Assembly (NCBI GenBank): GCA_031364845.1
Contig: JANLWX010000089.1
Coordinates: 1-18,707 of the forward strand
Length of the DNA: 18,707 nucleotides
Reading direction: 5' to 3'
Source of the DNA: Candidatus Eiseniibacteriota bacterium
Lineage (GTDB): Bacteria > Eisenbacteria > RBG-16-71-46
In this document: positions 16,094-18,707 of the stretch, piece by piece
Layout of the letters: every line of letters begins with the position of its first letter
Numbering within the stretch: position 1 is the stretch's first letter
Made by a program: the position numbers and the translations under genes
Notes under the pieces: generated by a model
Seen by the model: the letters and a program-made list of their open reading frames with translations, nothing else
Database searches by the model: none
What the model was told of the DNA's origin: nothing

Positions 16094-16645
16094 ATGTCCA
16101 AGCTTAGGATTCTGCTCCCCTCGCTGGGGCTTGCCGCACTCATCGTCAACGGCTGCATCATCACGCAGGCGCAGGTGTTCGCGAACTTCGCCCTGCCGAG
16201 CCCGTTCACGATCAACTCGGTTTCCGATCCGTTCGAGCGCGTGCTCGTCGACCTCAACACCATCAGCGAATACAACGATCACAAGGACAAGCTGAAGGGA
16301 CTGAGTGACGTCGCGATCGTCGGAACGTTCACGAACGTTTCCGGCCCTGCCGGTGCGGTCGAAGTGTGGATCACCGCGGACCCGACCAACCTCACGACTG
16401 TCGATGCCGTGAAGAGCGGCGCGACGTTGCTGTGGGGTCCGGGCTCGATCGGCGCAGCACCCGCGTCGCGGACGATCGGCTGGGACGAATCGGCCGCTCT
16501 GTTCAGTGCCGCCGGCAAGAAGATGCTGATCGACGAGGCGCTGGGCGACGGAACGCTCACGCTCTACATGTTCGGCACCGCCGCGAACTACACGATCCTG
16601 GTCGAAAACGGCAACATCATCCTCACGCTGACCGGCGGCGTCTGA
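16094..16645 (+). CDS. Hypothetical lipoprotein (183 aa, beta-rich)
   Basis: AGGAGA SD overlapping the upstream stop; MSKLRILLPSLGLAALIVNG-C lipobox-like signal. Confidence 0.8.
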   Translation: MSKLRILLPSLGLAALIVNGCIITQAQVFANFALPSPFTINSVSDPFERVLVDLNTISEYNDHKDKLKGLSDVAIVGTFTNVSGPAGAVEVWITADPTNLTTVDAVKSGATLLWGPGSIGAAPASRTIGWDESAALFSAAGKKMLIDEALGDGTLTLYMFGTAANYTILVENGNIILTLTGGV

Positions 16646-16668
16646 GCTTCACGCCGCAGCAGATAAAC

Positions 16669-16703
16669 GACCGGCCGGGTTCCGATGAGGGGCCCGGCCG
16701 GTC
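16669..16703. terminator. Probable bidirectional terminator between the convergent lipoprotein gene and nadE
   Basis: GACCGGCCGGGTTCC-GATGA-GGGGCCCGGCCGGTC; 11-bp perfect outer stem; ATAAAC on the left and TTG on the right. Confidence 0.75.
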
Positions 16704-16722
16704 TTGCTCCTACGGACTTCGC

Positions 16723-18492
16723 CTAACCGCTCCACCGATTGGTAATGGGCAACCTTCGATCCTTGCCGAACGCGCGCGGCGTGATCTTGATGCCGGGCGG
16801 GCTCTGGCGGCGCTTGTACTCGGACTTGTCGACCATGCGGATGATGCGGCTCACGAGTTCGCGGTCGTATCCGAATTCGGCGATCTCGATCACCGAGCGA
16901 TCCTCCTCGACGTACATCTTGAGAATCGGATCGAGCACGTCATAGGGCGGCAGCGTGTCCTGGTCGGTCTGGTCGGGGCGCAGTTCGGCGGTCGGCGGCC
17001 GCGTGAGCGTGCGTTGCGGAATCGGCGCCGAGTCCCGCCCGTTGCGCCAGCGAGCGAGCTGAAACACCATCGTCTTGTAGACGTCCTTCAGCACCGCGAA
17101 GCCGCCCGCGCTGTCGCCATAGAGCGTGCTGTAGCCGACCGACACCTCACTCTTGTTGCCGGTCGTCAGCACCAGCCATCCGAACTTGTTGGAAAGCGCC
17201 ATCAGATAGTTGCCGCGGATGCGCGCCTGAAGATTCTCCTCGGTCGTGTCGGGTTCGCGTCCCGCGAAGGCGGGTTCGAGCACCGAGAGATACTCGTCGA
17301 ACACCTCGCGGATCGGGATCGTGTAGTGGCGCAGACCGAGCGCGGTCGCGAGAGCCGCCGCGTCGTCGCGTGAGATCTCGGAAGTGTAGGCCGACGGCAT
17401 CGACACGCCGACCACGTTGTCGGAGCCGATCGCATCCGCCGCGATGCACGCGCACAGCGCCGAGTCGATGCCGCCCGAGAGGCCGAGCACCACTTTCTGG
17501 AAGCCGTTCTTGACCACGTAGTCGCGGATGCCGACCCGCAGGGCTTCATAGACTTCGGGCACCAGTTCGAGCGGGGCCTGTGACTGGCGGATCTCGAGTG
17601 CCGGCTTCGCGGCCACCGCGGTCGCCGAGCCCCCGCGGCCGGCGGATTCGTCGCCGTTGCCGCCGAGCGGAACCTCGATGCGCAAGGCCGGCTCGCCGGT
17701 TTCCAGCGCGCGGCCCTTGCGCAGGCGCGGGTCGTGGAGCCGCGCGCTGAACACCGAGTCGAGGTCGATGTCGGCAACCAGCAGGTCCTCGACGAACATC
17801 CGCCCTTCGGCGAGTACCTGGCCCTGCTCGTCGACCATCAGACTGCAGCCGTCGTAGACGGTCTCGTCCTGCGCCCCGACCAGGTTCACGTAGCACACCA
17901 CCGCGAGGTTGTCCGAGGCGCGCGTGCACAGCATGCGGCGGCGCTGAAGCGCCTTGCCCGCGTGATAAGGCGAAGCCGACAGATTGATCACGATCTCCGC
18001 GCCCCCGCGCAGCACCTGATCCTCGACTGGGCCGCCGGGATACCAGATGTCCTCGCACACATTCACGCCGATCACCGTGCCGCCGCGCACGAACACAGGG
18101 TTCTTGGTGCCCGGCATGAAGTAGCGGTTCTCGTCGAACACGCCGTAGTTGGGCAGGTAGCGCTTGCGATAGGTGCCGACCCAGTGGCCATCGTGGAGGA
18201 CCGCGGCGGCGTTGTAGAGGTCGAAGTCGCGCTCCACGGTGCCGACCACGGCGGTGAGCCCGCGCGTGTGGGGCAGCAGGGCGTGCGTGCGCTCGATGGC
18301 GCGTTCGATGAACGATGGCTTGAGGAGCAGGTCCTCGGGCGGGTACCCGGTGATGAACATTTCCGGGAATGCGAGGATGTCGATCCCGAGCTCTCGCGCG
18401 CGCGCAAGAGTCGCGACGGCCCGATCGAAGTTGCCGTCGAGGTCGCCGACGGTGGAATTGAGCTGGGCGAGACCCAGCCGGAGTTGTCGCAT
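16723..18492 (-). CDS. nadE: Glutamine-dependent NAD+ synthetase (589 aa)
   Basis: Nitrilase domain (AQLN..VGDLDGN, FPEMFITGYPPEDLL, YRKRYLPNYGVFDE.RYF, VCEDIW) plus synthetase domain (GLSGGIDS, ENLQARIRG, TGNKSE..VGYSTLYGD, PPTAELRPDQTD, EYKRRQSPPG). Confidence 0.98.
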   Translation of the reverse strand: MRQLRLGLAQLNSTVGDLDGNFDRAVATLARARELGIDILAFPEMFITGYPPEDLLLKPSFIERAIERTHALLPHTRGLTAVVGTVERDFDLYNAAAVLHDGHWVGTYRKRYLPNYGVFDENRYFMPGTKNPVFVRGGTVIGVNVCEDIWYPGGPVEDQVLRGGAEIVINLSASPYHAGKALQRRRMLCTRASDNLAVVCYVNLVGAQDETVYDGCSLMVDEQGQVLAEGRMFVEDLLVADIDLDSVFSARLHDPRLRKGRALETGEPALRIEVPLGGNGDESAGRGGSATAVAAKPALEIRQSQAPLELVPEVYEALRVGIRDYVVKNGFQKVVLGLSGGIDSALCACIAADAIGSDNVVGVSMPSAYTSEISRDDAAALATALGLRHYTIPIREVFDEYLSVLEPAFAGREPDTTEENLQARIRGNYLMALSNKFGWLVLTTGNKSEVSVGYSTLYGDSAGGFAVLKDVYKTMVFQLARWRNGRDSAPIPQRTLTRPPTAELRPDQTDQDTLPPYDVLDPILKMYVEEDRSVIEIAEFGYDRELVSRIIRMVDKSEYKRRQSPPGIKITPRAFGKDRRLPITNRWSG

Positions 18493-18502
18493 GGTCAAAG
18501 GG

Positions 18503-18532
18503 ATTGTGTGGCCTGTGGACCGGAAGGCGCAA
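18503..18532 (-). promoter_or_regulatory. Putative sigma70 promoter of nadE (very short leader)
   Basis: Minus strand TTGCGC, 18-nt spacer, CACAAT ending 10 nt before ATG18492; no SD. Confidence 0.4.
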
Positions 18533-18571
18533 GCGGGCGCGGTTCGCGTGAAAATTTGGGGATGCGACCAC

Positions 18572-18610
18572 AAACGAAAGCGCCCGGCCATGGACCGGGC
18601 GATCCCGTTT
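18572..18610 (-). terminator. Intrinsic terminator-like hairpin upstream of nadE
   Basis: Minus strand CGCCCGGTC-CAT-GGCCGGGCG followed by CTTTCGTTT. Confidence 0.6.
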
Positions 18611-18707
18611 CTTCGCGGACGATACGTCCGCGATCCAAGAGGGAAGCGGCAACCTCGGCGCTTGTGCCTGTTCTCGCGCTTCCATACCACCGGCGGTCAG
18701 GGGTCTC

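Noticed and set aside
9395..16691. Identical 10-mer CCGATGAGGG forming the loops of two intergenic hairpins (9395-9404, 16682-16691); resemblance to REP elements or the hammerhead CUGAUGA core
   Set aside because: The stems are unrelated, G-U pairs imply opposite strands, there are only two copies, and the hammerhead core is mismatched; likely coincidence.
6853..18690. ORF-track starts for efp (6853), dps (8079), pduO (11513), B3/4 (14431), the beta-barrel (15440), nadE (18690), and also 871 for the large islet gene
   Set aside because: The extensions are non-homologous; downstream starts fit the family N-termini and/or SD positions better.
1..18707. CRISPR array, tRNA/rRNA genes, integrase or transposase
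   Set aside because: No regularly spaced repeats, cloverleaf/T-loop signatures or recombinase motifs were seen by eye.

Overview
High-GC bacterial chromosomal segment (diderm: it encodes an outer-membrane beta-barrel and a lipoprotein), mostly housekeeping genes. In order: 3' end of groEL with its terminator; a compositionally foreign, lower-GC two-gene cassette (about 185-3870) encoding a ~227-codon helical protein interrupted by one in-frame TAG and a translationally coupled 944-aa helical-repeat-like protein (candidate uncharacterised defence module); a secreted metzincin metalloprotease; efp with an Asn-tipped loop; dps and an atypical rho on the minus strand; a secreted hypothetical protein; a PduO-type cobalamin adenosyltransferase; a ~910-aa multidomain GreA; a structured intergenic region; a standalone B3/4 tRNA-editing protein; a beta-barrel + lipoprotein pair; and glutamine-dependent nadE. 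The standout observations are the Rho with an intact ATPase but no OB-fold RNA-binding domain (replaced by three arginine-rich repeats, apparently co-transcribed with dps) and the island after groEL. All calls come from motif recognition by eye; no database searches were run.
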